Shown here: piece by piece, positions 28,773 to 37,469 of the stretch | How positions within the stretch are numbered: position 1 is the first letter of the stretch | How the letters are laid out: each line of letters begins with the position of its first letter | Assembly: GCA_965530755.1 (NCBI GenBank) | Contig: CBESNA010000003.1 | Span: forward strand, 76,848-140,847 | Source: an uncultured Acidimicrobiia bacterium | GTDB taxonomy: Bacteria > Actinomycetota > Acidimicrobiia > Acidimicrobiales > SZUA-35 | Direction: 5' to 3' | DNA length: 64,000 nt | Translations under genes and position numbers: made by a program | Notes under the pieces: model-generated | Databases searched by the model: none | Told to the model about the DNA's origin: nothing | What the model saw: only the letters and a program-made list of their open reading frames with translations

Positions 28773-31349
28773 TCATGACTTCAGTCGCTCGTCTTCGGGA
28801 TCGAAGAGCGAGCCCTCGATGGCGGCGACCTTCACCGGGAACGTCTCGTTCTGGTAGCCAACCAGTAGGTCGGTCCCAACGACTGCGAGCTCGGTCGGGA
28901 GGTAGGCGAGCAGCAAGTGCTTACCGACCGACGGGCCGGGACCGGCGGTACAGACTCGCGAGACGCGTCCGTGAGAGTCGACGATGCGCTCGCCATCGAG
29001 CGTGAGGATGGGCTCGTTGCCTCCCTGCGGATAACGCTTGCGTCCCTGTGAATCAGTGAGGTCCTCGACCGTGAGCGTGCACATTTTGGCGATGGGTTCT
29101 GCGTCGCGAGCAGCGAGGTAGGCCTCCTTGCCGATGAAGTCGGCTGCCTTGATCTTCGGGCGGGCGATACCGGCCTCGACCGGGTTGTATTCGCTCTCGA
29201 GCTCTGCCCCCATCAAGCGATAACCCTTCTCGAGACGACCGGAGGTTCCGTAGACACCGCCACCGGTTGGCCGAAGGCCGAGGTCGGCGCCTGCTTCCAT
29301 CAACGCATCCCACAGCGCAGGCCCGTTGTCCCATGCCGTGTAGATCTCCCAGCCGGTGTCGCCGACATAGGAGATGCGGAAGAGGGTGGCCTTGATCGGC
29401 CCGGATGCTGTCTGCAGTTCGACGTTGCGCAACGACCCGTACGGCGAACCGTCCTGGCTCAGATCATGGTCGGTGAGCTTTCCGACGATCGCCGGAGCGT
29501 TCGGACCCCACACACCGAGGGTGGTGGTGTCGAGCGTGATGTCGGTGAACGTCACTGACCCGTCAGTGGGCAGGTACTTCTTGATCCAGAAGCTGTCGCG
29601 ACCGCCGTCGAAGACGCCGGTCACGATGCGGACCTTGTCGTCCGCCACCCGCATCATCGTGAGGTCGGAATGGAACCCTCCGTCCGGTGTCAGCCAAGGG
29701 GTGTACACCGATGAACCAACCGGCTTGTCGACCTTGTTGACCGCCAGATAGTCGGCGAACGCAACGGCGCCCGGACCCTCGAGCTCGTACACCTGGAATG
29801 CGCTGAGATCGACCATACCTGCGTTCTCACGGAGGTTCAGGTGCTCACCGACCGTGATCGGACTCCACCAGCGGTTGTCCCACTCGACCTCGCGCTCTTC
29901 GAGACCGTAACGCTCGACGAGGTCGGCGTTGGACTTGTACCACTGGGGGCGTTCCCAGGTTCGGGCGCTGAAGAACTCGGCCTCGAGCGCCTCCTGGCGG
30001 GAGAAGTAGGGGCTGACCTGCAGGTTGCGCTGGTTCTCCCACTGCTCGGACGGATGGACGATGCCGTACGTCTTGTTGAAGTGCTCTTCGGCCCGGCTCC
30101 AGATGTGATCGTCGCTCTTCTCCTGCTCGTAGAAACGAGCGATGTCGGAGGCATGCGAATCGATCACGCGGGGGTAGCCGTAGGTCATCCACTCGGCGAC
30201 GACCTGCGCCATGCCCGGCCCCTCTTTGACCCAAACGGCGGCAGCCGACCACAGGTTGCGAACCTCCGGGATCTCGCCGAGGCATGGCATGGCGTCCGGT
30301 GTGAGGGACAGCAGCCCATTTATGGCGTACTTGATCTCGGCATCGCCGAGCATGTCCATCAGCTCGATGGCCTGCTCCATCTGGTCGTCGAAGTCGTCCG
30401 GCGTGAACGGCATCTCGGTTGGCGACAGCGCGGCTTCGTCGTTCGACGGGATCTCGTCTGGGTGGTGCAGAATCGGACGGTGGGCGTAGGAGCCGACCTC
30501 CATCGAGCCTGCGCTCTGACGCTCGTAGCAGAACGTGTCCATGTCGCGAACGATCGGGTAACCGATCTCGTTGTTCGTCTCAGCCAGGATGTCCATGGGG
30601 CCGACGTCGGCCATCTGGTGCACGGCGGGCACGAGCGGGATGTAGGCACCGGCCATGTTGGCTATTCGATTGCTCCACACTCCGCTGGCGATGACGACGT
30701 AGTCGGCCTCGATCGTCCCTTTGTCGGTGACGACGGCCTTGACCGTGGCCTGACCGGGAACGTGGCTGGGCTCGGTCACGAGGTCGAGCACCTCGGTGTT
30801 GGCGAATACCTGGAGCACACCGTTGTCGATGGCCTTCGTGCGCATCCGCGTGCCGGTCTCGAGCGAGTCGACCACAGACACGCTCGGACAGTAGAAGCCA
30901 CCCATGATGACCTCGTCGTTGATGAACGGCACCAGCTCCTTGACCTCGGCCGGCGTCAACAGCCGAGCGTCGACGCCCCACGACATCGCAGATGTCATGC
31001 GCCGATTGAGCTCGTTCATGCGTTCCTGCGTGCGAGCGACTTCGATGCCACCGCAGTCGACCGAGAGTTCGAGATCGCGATACTGATTGGCGCTCTGCAC
31101 ACCGAGGAGCGCCATCTCCTTGTTGTGATCGACAGGGAAGATGAAGTTCGATGCGTGGCCGGTCGATCCCCCGGGATTGGGCAACGGCCCTTTGTCGATC
31201 AGCACCATGTCGGTCCAGCCGAGGTCGGACAAGTGCCCGACAAGGCAATTGCCGACGATGCCGGCCCCGATGACGACGACCCTCGCACGAGACGGCACTG
31301 CGGTCGATGGCAAATCACTCATGTCCTGGCCCCGAATTCTGCTCGACAT
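28773..31349 (-). CDS. FAD-dependent oxidoreductase fused to GcvT-type folate-binding domain (dimethylglycine/sarcosine oxidase-dehydrogenase family)
   Basis: Rossmann VVVIGAGIVGNC, GSTGHASNF, and a C-terminal aminomethyltransferase-like region (RISYVGDTGWEIY, GRLEKGY). ATG 31322 is an alternative start. Confidence 0.85.
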   Translation of the reverse strand: MSSRIRGQDMSDLPSTAVPSRARVVVIGAGIVGNCLVGHLSDLGWTDMVLIDKGPLPNPGGSTGHASNFIFPVDHNKEMALLGVQSANQYRDLELSVDCGGIEVARTQERMNELNRRMTSAMSWGVDARLLTPAEVKELVPFINDEVIMGGFYCPSVSVVDSLETGTRMRTKAIDNGVLQVFANTEVLDLVTEPSHVPGQATVKAVVTDKGTIEADYVVIASGVWSNRIANMAGAYIPLVPAVHQMADVGPMDILAETNNEIGYPIVRDMDTFCYERQSAGSMEVGSYAHRPILHHPDEIPSNDEAALSPTEMPFTPDDFDDQMEQAIELMDMLGDAEIKYAINGLLSLTPDAMPCLGEIPEVRNLWSAAAVWVKEGPGMAQVVAEWMTYGYPRVIDSHASDIARFYEQEKSDDHIWSRAEEHFNKTYGIVHPSEQWENQRNLQVSPYFSRQEALEAEFFSARTWERPQWYKSNADLVERYGLEEREVEWDNRWWSPITVGEHLNLRENAGMVDLSAFQVYELEGPGAVAFADYLAVNKVDKPVGSSVYTPWLTPDGGFHSDLTMMRVADDKVRIVTGVFDGGRDSFWIKKYLPTDGSVTFTDITLDTTTLGVWGPNAPAIVGKLTDHDLSQDGSPYGSLRNVELQTASGPIKATLFRISYVGDTGWEIYTAWDNGPALWDALMEAGADLGLRPTGGGVYGTSGRLEKGYRLMGAELESEYNPVEAGIARPKIKAADFIGKEAYLAARDAEPIAKMCTLTVEDLTDSQGRKRYPQGGNEPILTLDGERIVDSHGRVSRVCTAGPGPSVGKHLLLAYLPTELAVVGTDLLVGYQNETFPVKVAAIEGSLFDPEDERLKS

Positions 31350-31351
31350 CT

Positions 31352-31380
31352 GATATATCTGCTGTGTATCATTGCGATAC
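31352..31380. promoter_or_regulatory. Candidate GntR-type operator(s) in AT-richer divergent promoter
   Basis: Palindrome GATATATC (31352-31359) and inverted repeat GTATC-ATTGC-GATAC (31366-31380) lie between the divergent DMGDH-like and gntR starts. Confidence 0.4.
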
Positions 31381-31443
31381 TAGGGACCGACCCTGGACCA
31401 CGCAACCCCCTCTCGAAGGGCGAACGGCGCTCGACCCCTCACC

Positions 31444-32133
31444 ATGACCCGAATCACCAGCGCGGCACCGACGGCCACTCCCCTGTCACTGAGTGAGCAG
31501 GCGTACCAGCAGATCCGCCGGCAGATCATCCAGCTGGAGCTGGCGCCGGGCGACGTTCTGCACGAGCACGAACTCCGCGAACGGCTGGACATCGGTAGAA
31601 CCCCCATCCGCGAGGCGCTGCAACGACTTGCCCGAGAGCACTTCGTCCAGGTCATCCCCCGCCGAGGAGTGTTTGTCACCAGCATTGATGTCGCCGAGCT
31701 CTCGACCTTGCTCGAAACGCGGCACGTGCTCGAGCCATACGCGGCGCGACTCGCTGCGGCCAGGGGGACAGACGAGCACTGGACGACAATGGCCGATGTC
31801 CTGGACGCGTCGGCGCTCGACGGCCTGACGCCGCCCGACCTCCTCGCCGTCGATCGCCGCTGCCACGAGATCATGTGGTCGGCGGCCGCCAATCGTTTCC
31901 TGCTCGACACGCTCGACATGCTCTACGCACAGAGCGACCGACTGTGGCACCAGTACCTGTCCGATGTCGCCGACATGGGCCACGCCGTGACCGAACATCG
32001 TGACATCCTCGATGCGCTGCGAGCGGGTGACGGGGATCGGGTTGCCGAGCTCGTCGAACAACACGTCGAGTCCTTCGACGAGCGCATTCGGGCCGCCGTC
32101 ACGGCCCACCTGTCGTCACCCCTCGCTGGGTGA
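31444..32133 (+). CDS. GntR family transcriptional regulator (FadR/FCD subfamily)
   Basis: wHTH HELRERLDIGRTPIREALQRLAREHFV plus a helical FCD-like C-domain with conserved His residues. Confidence 0.85.
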   Translation: MTRITSAAPTATPLSLSEQAYQQIRRQIIQLELAPGDVLHEHELRERLDIGRTPIREALQRLAREHFVQVIPRRGVFVTSIDVAELSTLLETRHVLEPYAARLAAARGTDEHWTTMADVLDASALDGLTPPDLLAVDRRCHEIMWSAAANRFLLDTLDMLYAQSDRLWHQYLSDVADMGHAVTEHRDILDALRAGDGDRVAELVEQHVESFDERIRAAVTAHLSSPLAG

Positions 32134-32292
32134 CCTCGACCTCGTCTCGAGGTCGTTCAGCTGACCGACTTCCACGATGCGGAAGTCTCTCGCCTGGTGG
32201 GAACCGTCTCGCACAGCACAACCCTCCGCGCGACCGTTTACAAGCAACGGCGTTATGAGTCTTACTTGCCAGTCAGCCCCCGAGGAGTACCC

Positions 32293-34002
32293 ATGGGATT
32301 CCCTTCTGACCTCGAGATCGCCAAGCAGGCGAACCTCCGACCTCTGCCGGAGATCGCCGAGGCGTCCGGTATCCCGACCGAGCTCCTCGAGCCGTACGGG
32401 ACAGGGGCCGCGAAGATCAAGCTCGACGCCATCGAGGCCATGTCGGATCGGCCGAGGGCGAAATACGTCGTCGTGTCGGCCATCACCCCGACTCCCCTCG
32501 GTGAGGGTAAGACCACCACGACCGTCGGTCTCGGCCAGGCCTTCCAGCACATCGGATCCTCGGCCACGATCGCCATACGTCAGCCATCGATGGGACCGAC
32601 CTTCGGCATCAAGGGTGGCGCCGCCGGCGGCGGCTACAGCCAGGTCGTTCCGATGGAGCTGTTCAACCTGCACCTGACCGGCGACATGCATGCCGTCACC
32701 GCGGCCCACAACCTCTGCTCGGCCATGCTCGACGCCCACCTCTACCACGGCAACGACGCCGGCTTCGACTTTCACAACATCACGTGGCGTCGCGTGCTCG
32801 ACGTGAACGACCGCAGCCTCCGCAACGCCGTGATCGGCCTCGGCGGCCGACTCGACGGCATCCCGCGCGAGACCGGGTTCGACATCACTGCTGCTTCCGA
32901 GGTCATGGCCGCACTGGCGCTGTGTTTCTCGATGCAGGACCTGCGGGAACGCCTCGGCCGCATCGTGCTCGGCTACTCCACGGAGGGCACGCCGATCACG
33001 GCCGAGGAGATCGGGGCCGCCGGGTCGATGGCGGTGATCCTCATGGAAGCCATCAAGCCGAACTTGATGCAGACGCTCGAGAACACACCTGCGCTGGTGC
33101 ACACCGGCCCCTTCGGCAACATCGCCACCGGCAACAGCTCGATCGTGGCCGACCGCATCGGCATCCACATGAACGAATTCCTCTTGACCGAAGCCGGCTT
33201 CGGCGCCGACATGGGCGCAGAACGGTTCTTCAACATCAAGTGCCGCTACTCCGGTATCGCTCCCGATGCCGCCGTGCTCGTGGCCACCGTGCGCGGCCTC
33301 AAAGCGCACTCCGGAAACCACAACATCGTGGCCGGCAAACCACTCCCCGACGCCCTGCTCGAGGCCAACCCGGACGAAGTCCACCAAGGTGGCGACAACC
33401 TGCGCAAGCAGCTCGAGAACATGCAGATCCACGGCGTGACCCCCGTTGTGGCCATCAATGTCTTCCCGGGTGATCACGACGAGGACATCGCTGCAATCCA
33501 CGAGATTGCTTCGGAGTTCGGAGCCCGGGCTGCGGTCAGCACGCATTTCTCCGACGGTGGGCAAGGAGCGGCCGAACTGGCCGCAGCGGTCAAGGAGGCC
33601 GCTGAGGAGCCGAGCAACTTCGAGGTCCTCTATCCGGACGAGATGTCGATTCGCGACAAGATCAACGTCGTCGCCACGAAGATCTACGGCGCAGACGGCG
33701 TCGACTTCTCCCCGGCGGCATCCAAGCAGATCGACACCTACGAAGCAGCCGGATTCGGAAATCTTCCCGTCTGCATCGCGAAGACACATCTGTCGATCAG
33801 CTCCGACGCCAAGCTGAAGGGTGCTCCCACGGGCTGGACCCTCCCCGTTCGCGAGGTCAGGGCGTCGGTCGGCGCCGGTTTCGTCTACCCGATCTGCGGC
33901 GACATGCGCACGATGCCCGGCCTCGGAAAGACGCCGGCCGCACAGAAGATCGACCTCGATTTCTCCAACTCCGCCGCCGGCGAGATCGTGAACCTCTCAT
34001 GA
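32293..34002 (+). CDS. fhs: Formate--tetrahydrofolate ligase
   Basis: DLEIAKQ, VVSAITPTPLGEGKTTTTVGL, typical length. GAGGAG lies 5 nt upstream of ATG 32293. Confidence 0.95.
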   Translation: MGFPSDLEIAKQANLRPLPEIAEASGIPTELLEPYGTGAAKIKLDAIEAMSDRPRAKYVVVSAITPTPLGEGKTTTTVGLGQAFQHIGSSATIAIRQPSMGPTFGIKGGAAGGGYSQVVPMELFNLHLTGDMHAVTAAHNLCSAMLDAHLYHGNDAGFDFHNITWRRVLDVNDRSLRNAVIGLGGRLDGIPRETGFDITAASEVMAALALCFSMQDLRERLGRIVLGYSTEGTPITAEEIGAAGSMAVILMEAIKPNLMQTLENTPALVHTGPFGNIATGNSSIVADRIGIHMNEFLLTEAGFGADMGAERFFNIKCRYSGIAPDAAVLVATVRGLKAHSGNHNIVAGKPLPDALLEANPDEVHQGGDNLRKQLENMQIHGVTPVVAINVFPGDHDEDIAAIHEIASEFGARAAVSTHFSDGGQGAAELAAAVKEAAEEPSNFEVLYPDEMSIRDKINVVATKIYGADGVDFSPAASKQIDTYEAAGFGNLPVCIAKTHLSISSDAKLKGAPTGWTLPVREVRASVGAGFVYPICGDMRTMPGLGKTPAAQKIDLDFSNSAAGEIVNLS

Positions 34003-34031
34003 TGACTCCGTTGACGACTCGTTCGCCCGAG

Positions 34032-34064
34032 GGCTTGATCGAGCTCGCTTCGCTCGATCAAGCC
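34032..34064 (+). other. Perfect 13-bp-arm hairpin between fhs and the MTHFR-like gene
   Basis: GGCTTGATCGAGC-TCGCTTC-GCTCGATCAAGCC, with no U-tract after it. A second short palindrome, GCGCAGCTGCTGCGC, follows. Confidence 0.5.
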
Positions 34065-34120
34065 GCGTCCCGTTTGCGCAGCTGCTGCGCTCCGACTCCG
34101 CAGCACCGAGAGGTCTGATC

Positions 34121-35008
34121 ATGGTTCTGTTTCGCAAAAGGGATTCCCACGTCGATGAGTTCCCGGAGTCAGACGCGGCCCGCGAACATCGGTTGGAGCT
34201 GACCCGCAACTTCACCATCGAGCTCGTGCCGATGAAGAGCCTCGACGAGGCCAGACGACACGTGCCGGCCCAGTCGACGATCTCGCTGACCTGCTCACCG
34301 GTCAAGGGAATCGCCGAGACCCAGCGTCTCACCGAGGAGCTCCTGGCCGAGGGACACTCCCCGATCCCGCACATCGCCGCCCGCATGGTGCGCGATCGAG
34401 CCCATACGCAAGAGCTCGCAGCGTGGTGCCGCTCAACTGGAGTGTCGAAGGTGTTCCTGGTCGGTGGCGACGCCGACCCACCAGGTGGCTATTTCGACGC
34501 AGTCGAATTCCTGCGTGACTTCTTGGACACTGATCACGGGCTCGAAGCGATCGGGGTGACCGCTTATCCGGATCACCACGCCTACATTTCCGATGGGAAT
34601 CTGCACGCGGCTCTGCACGCCAAGCAGACGATGCTGGCGGAGGCCGGCATCGCCGGTTGGTGCAGCACGCAGATGTGTTTCGACGCCGAGGTCCTCGAGG
34701 CATGGATGCGGGCCCAGCGGGCTGCAGGGCTCACGCTGCCGATCCATCTGGGCATCTCCGGTGTGGTCGACAAGACGAAACTCCTCAGCACCGGCATGCG
34801 GATCGGGCTCGGCCAGTCGCTCGGCTACCTCAAGAAGAATCGTGCGGCGATCGCGAAGATGATGACATCGGCCGACTACGACCCGAACGACCTGCTGCTG
34901 CCGCTGAGCGAGGCGAACCTCGAGCTCGGGGTGACCGGCGTTCACATGTACACGTTCAACCAGGTCGAGGCCACCGAGGCCTGGCGGGCCGACACCCTCG
35001 CCTGCTAG
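34121..35008 (+). CDS. metF: Methylenetetrahydrofolate reductase family protein
   Basis: Collinear with MetF landmarks: FTIELVPM (FEFFPP), IPHIAA (APHLTC), FLVGGD (ALRGD), VTAYPDHH (AAYPEVH), STQMCFD (ITQFFFD), HMYTFN (HFYTLN). Confidence 0.75.
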   Translation: MVLFRKRDSHVDEFPESDAAREHRLELTRNFTIELVPMKSLDEARRHVPAQSTISLTCSPVKGIAETQRLTEELLAEGHSPIPHIAARMVRDRAHTQELAAWCRSTGVSKVFLVGGDADPPGGYFDAVEFLRDFLDTDHGLEAIGVTAYPDHHAYISDGNLHAALHAKQTMLAEAGIAGWCSTQMCFDAEVLEAWMRAQRAAGLTLPIHLGISGVVDKTKLLSTGMRIGLGQSLGYLKKNRAAIAKMMTSADYDPNDLLLPLSEANLELGVTGVHMYTFNQVEATEAWRADTLAC

Positions 35009-35284
35009 CAACCCGGGCCCGCCGTCGACATGCCAGCGCAAGTGCGCTCCATCGAGAAATCGAACGCCAGAACCACATCATCTTGGCCACCGGATTCCAG
35101 CCCGTGAGGTTCAGCTATCGCCACGTGATGGAACAACCGAACGATGTCGCAGCAACCCTCCGGCCCCTCCTCCCCCTCTCTCGACCAGCCTGGGCCGGAA
35201 TCCGCCGCACGGCGGTGAATCTCGGCCCAGGTTCGGGGCGGTTTGTGGGTTTGGGCGGGCAGATCGGACCCAAGAAGGGCAGAA

Positions 35285-35992
35285 TCAGGCAGCGACCAGG
35301 CGTGCGGTGAGGGCGAACTGCGCCGCTCCCGCCACCAGCGTGCACACATGGAAGATCTCGTGGTAGCCGAACACCGTCGGTACCGGATTCGGGTGCTTGC
35401 GGCTGAAGCACAGGCCGCCGATGGCGTACACCAGGGCGGAGCCGAGCAACAGCGTCACCGCACCCGTGCCGAGCCGAGCATCGAGCGACGGGATGGCCAG
35501 CAGAGGCAGCCATCCCAGAACCGGAAAGAGCCATGGGCAGGGATCACGATCGATCGTGAGCTGCGTGAGCTTCAGGAACGCACCGACAAACGCTCCTCCC
35601 CACGAGAGCACGACGAGAACCGTTCCACGAACCCCGCCGACGCCGATCAGTGCGATCGGGGTGGTGGCTCCGGCCATGTGGAAGAAGATCATCGAGTGGT
35701 CGAGACGTCGCATCCAGAAGCGGGCCATGACACTGTCCGCCAACCGGTGGTAGCTCGCACTCGTCAGGAACATCAAGAACCCGGTGAGGGCGTACGCAAC
35801 AGCCGACACTCGAGCCTCCGGCGAGGCGTACCGCAGAACGAGCACGACGCCGGCGGGAAACGAGGCGACGGCACCGAGCTGATGGAAACGTCCCCGAAGG
35901 AGCGGTCGGGCTCCGTAGACCGGATTGGTGGCGATGGCCGAGTGGTCGACCAACCGGATGTCGATTGCTGGTGCAAAGACGAGAGCTGCCAT
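35285..35992 (-). CDS. Hemolysin III / PAQR family membrane protein
   Basis: 7-TM protein with SASYHRL, LDHSMIFF and FGYHEIFH motifs. Confidence 0.85.
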   Translation of the reverse strand: MAALVFAPAIDIRLVDHSAIATNPVYGARPLLRGRFHQLGAVASFPAGVVLVLRYASPEARVSAVAYALTGFLMFLTSASYHRLADSVMARFWMRRLDHSMIFFHMAGATTPIALIGVGGVRGTVLVVLSWGGAFVGAFLKLTQLTIDRDPCPWLFPVLGWLPLLAIPSLDARLGTGAVTLLLGSALVYAIGGLCFSRKHPNPVPTVFGYHEIFHVCTLVAGAAQFALTARLVAA

Positions 35993-36074
35993 GCATCGAA
36001 CTTAGAAACCACTTCGCCGCGCCGAATCGGGGTCGTCCCCCTCCCCGACATGTCGTTCTAGGGGTGAGACGAGG

Positions 36075-37373
36075 TCAACCGCCCGTGGTCGACCAGTGCC
36101 ACGCCTCGCTCGGGAGGTTGATCAGCCCGAAGCTTCCGGCATTGGCGACCATCCAGTTGAAGCCGGCGCTGCCCGGAGTGAGGATCGCTCCGTTCTCGGT
36201 GAAGTCGATGGCAAGACCGAGCTCGTGCTGTGACGCCCCGGGGCGTGCCGTCGGAGGCGAACACTCCCCGGCGGGACGTTCGAAGATGTCGTAACCGCTC
36301 GTGCCGCAGTGAGCGATGCGGAGGGTGATCTGGTCTTCGCGTGGCCGAAAACCGCCACCATGGAGATCGATGCCATCGGAACGGGCCGCTCCGACCAGTG
36401 CCTGCACCTGCCCGGCGATCTGTGCGTTCACGACCATCGGGGGAATCGCGACGGTGGTCGCCACCGTCGGCACCGGAGCGGCTTCGGCGGGCGTATCCGA
36501 TCCGCCGGTCACGGGCCCGGCCGCCACAGAGGCATCCTGCACGCCGTCACCGCTGGTGGCGGCCGCTCCCCGATCGTCTGGCAGCCCAATCGGGACCTGC
36601 ACGGTCACCGACGTGATCGTGACGAGGTCGACCTCCGGACGCTCCTCGGTCAGGAGCTCGTGGGTCAGACGATCGATGGCCTCGCTTCTTGCTGCGACCA
36701 TCGTCTCGAGGCGGTCGTAGATCTGCGTTGCATTGCGGTGGATTCGCTGGGCAACGTCGTCGGCGGCCACCCGTTCGGCAAGGACGATCGAGATGGCCTC
36801 GACGTCGGCCTCGGCTTCGGCGATTGCCGCATCCGCAGCTTCGACCCGAGCGATGAGCGCCTCGGTGACGGCGACGACGGGTTGTGCCTGCCGCGCCCGT
36901 TCCGCATCGCTTCCGTAGATCTCCTGGAGGCCGAGATCGCCGAGGACCCACATCGTGATCGAGTAGCCCTCCACCTCCTCTTCCATGTCGGCTCGGTGGT
37001 CGCGGACTGCGTCGAGGACATCCTCGGCATCTGCGAGCTCCCGCTCGACCTCGACCCGGGCAGCGGCCGTCGTCTCGGCCACTCCCTTGGTGTGGACCTC
37101 GTACTCGGCAACGGGGAGACGCCGACCCTCGATCTCGTCGTCCTGCAGCTCCCACGGGTCGAAATCGATCGCCGCCAGCGCAGAGATCTGGAGCTCGATG
37201 CCTTCGGGCACCACGCCGTCGTCCTGGGCTCCCGCCGTCCCACTGAGCACGGCGATCACGAGCAAGATCGTTCCCGCGACGCGTGTGGTGATCGGCCTTC
37301 GTTGCACCACTGTTCTACGGCCGATTCGGTGGCAGGGTGTGGCGTTTTGGGCCGTTCGGACCAGGTGACCCAC
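36075..37373 (-). CDS. Secreted coiled-coil protein with C-terminal M15 (VanY / D-Ala-D-Ala carboxypeptidase-like) peptidase domain
   Basis: Signal-like N-terminus (VAGTILLVIAVLSGTAGAQ), about 250 aa of Ala/Glu-rich coiled coil, and a C-terminal SQHELGLAIDF ... SEAWHW. Confidence 0.75.
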   Translation of the reverse strand: MGHLVRTAQNATPCHRIGRRTVVQRRPITTRVAGTILLVIAVLSGTAGAQDDGVVPEGIELQISALAAIDFDPWELQDDEIEGRRLPVAEYEVHTKGVAETTAAARVEVERELADAEDVLDAVRDHRADMEEEVEGYSITMWVLGDLGLQEIYGSDAERARQAQPVVAVTEALIARVEAADAAIAEAEADVEAISIVLAERVAADDVAQRIHRNATQIYDRLETMVAARSEAIDRLTHELLTEERPEVDLVTITSVTVQVPIGLPDDRGAAATSGDGVQDASVAAGPVTGGSDTPAEAAPVPTVATTVAIPPMVVNAQIAGQVQALVGAARSDGIDLHGGGFRPREDQITLRIAHCGTSGYDIFERPAGECSPPTARPGASQHELGLAIDFTENGAILTPGSAGFNWMVANAGSFGLINLPSEAWHWSTTGG

Positions 37374-37469
37374 GACCAGCTCTCATTCGGCGAGCTGGGT
37401 CTCGAATCACCTCCTGATTTGCTAGCGTCCCGCGTCAGTCGTCCCTTCTCCACCCGGTCGTCACGCCCC

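Noticed and set aside
32156-32292. A possible ZTP (pfl) or THF riboswitch in the 5' leader of fhs, because such genes often carry one.
   Set aside because: Only a fragmentary resemblance (CGCCTGGTGGGAACC) and two unrelated hairpins (32137-32155, 32167-32187) are present. I could not find the conserved two-subdomain ZTP consensus or its pseudoknot partner. A covariance-model scan (Rfam pfl/THF) would settle it.
35009-35284. A 276-bp stretch without an assigned gene between the MTHFR-like gene and the hemolysin III gene. It contains a minus-strand fragment (HHVAIAEPHGLESG) faintly reminiscent of a glyoxalase/VOC N-terminus and a short CCGCCGCACGGCGG hairpin.
   Set aside because: The ORF is too short and the similarity too weak to call a gene remnant or an sRNA. 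There is no promoter or terminator signature.
36309-37469. Long N-terminal extensions of track ORFs: 36309..38789 (826 aa), 26805..28274 (489 aa), 19434..21689 (751 aa), 765..2309, 6948..8285 and 23776..26091.
   Set aside because: The extensions overlap neighbouring genes or are low-complexity. Internal starts that match family N-termini, RBS-like sequences or 4-nt stop/start overlaps give conventional protein lengths.
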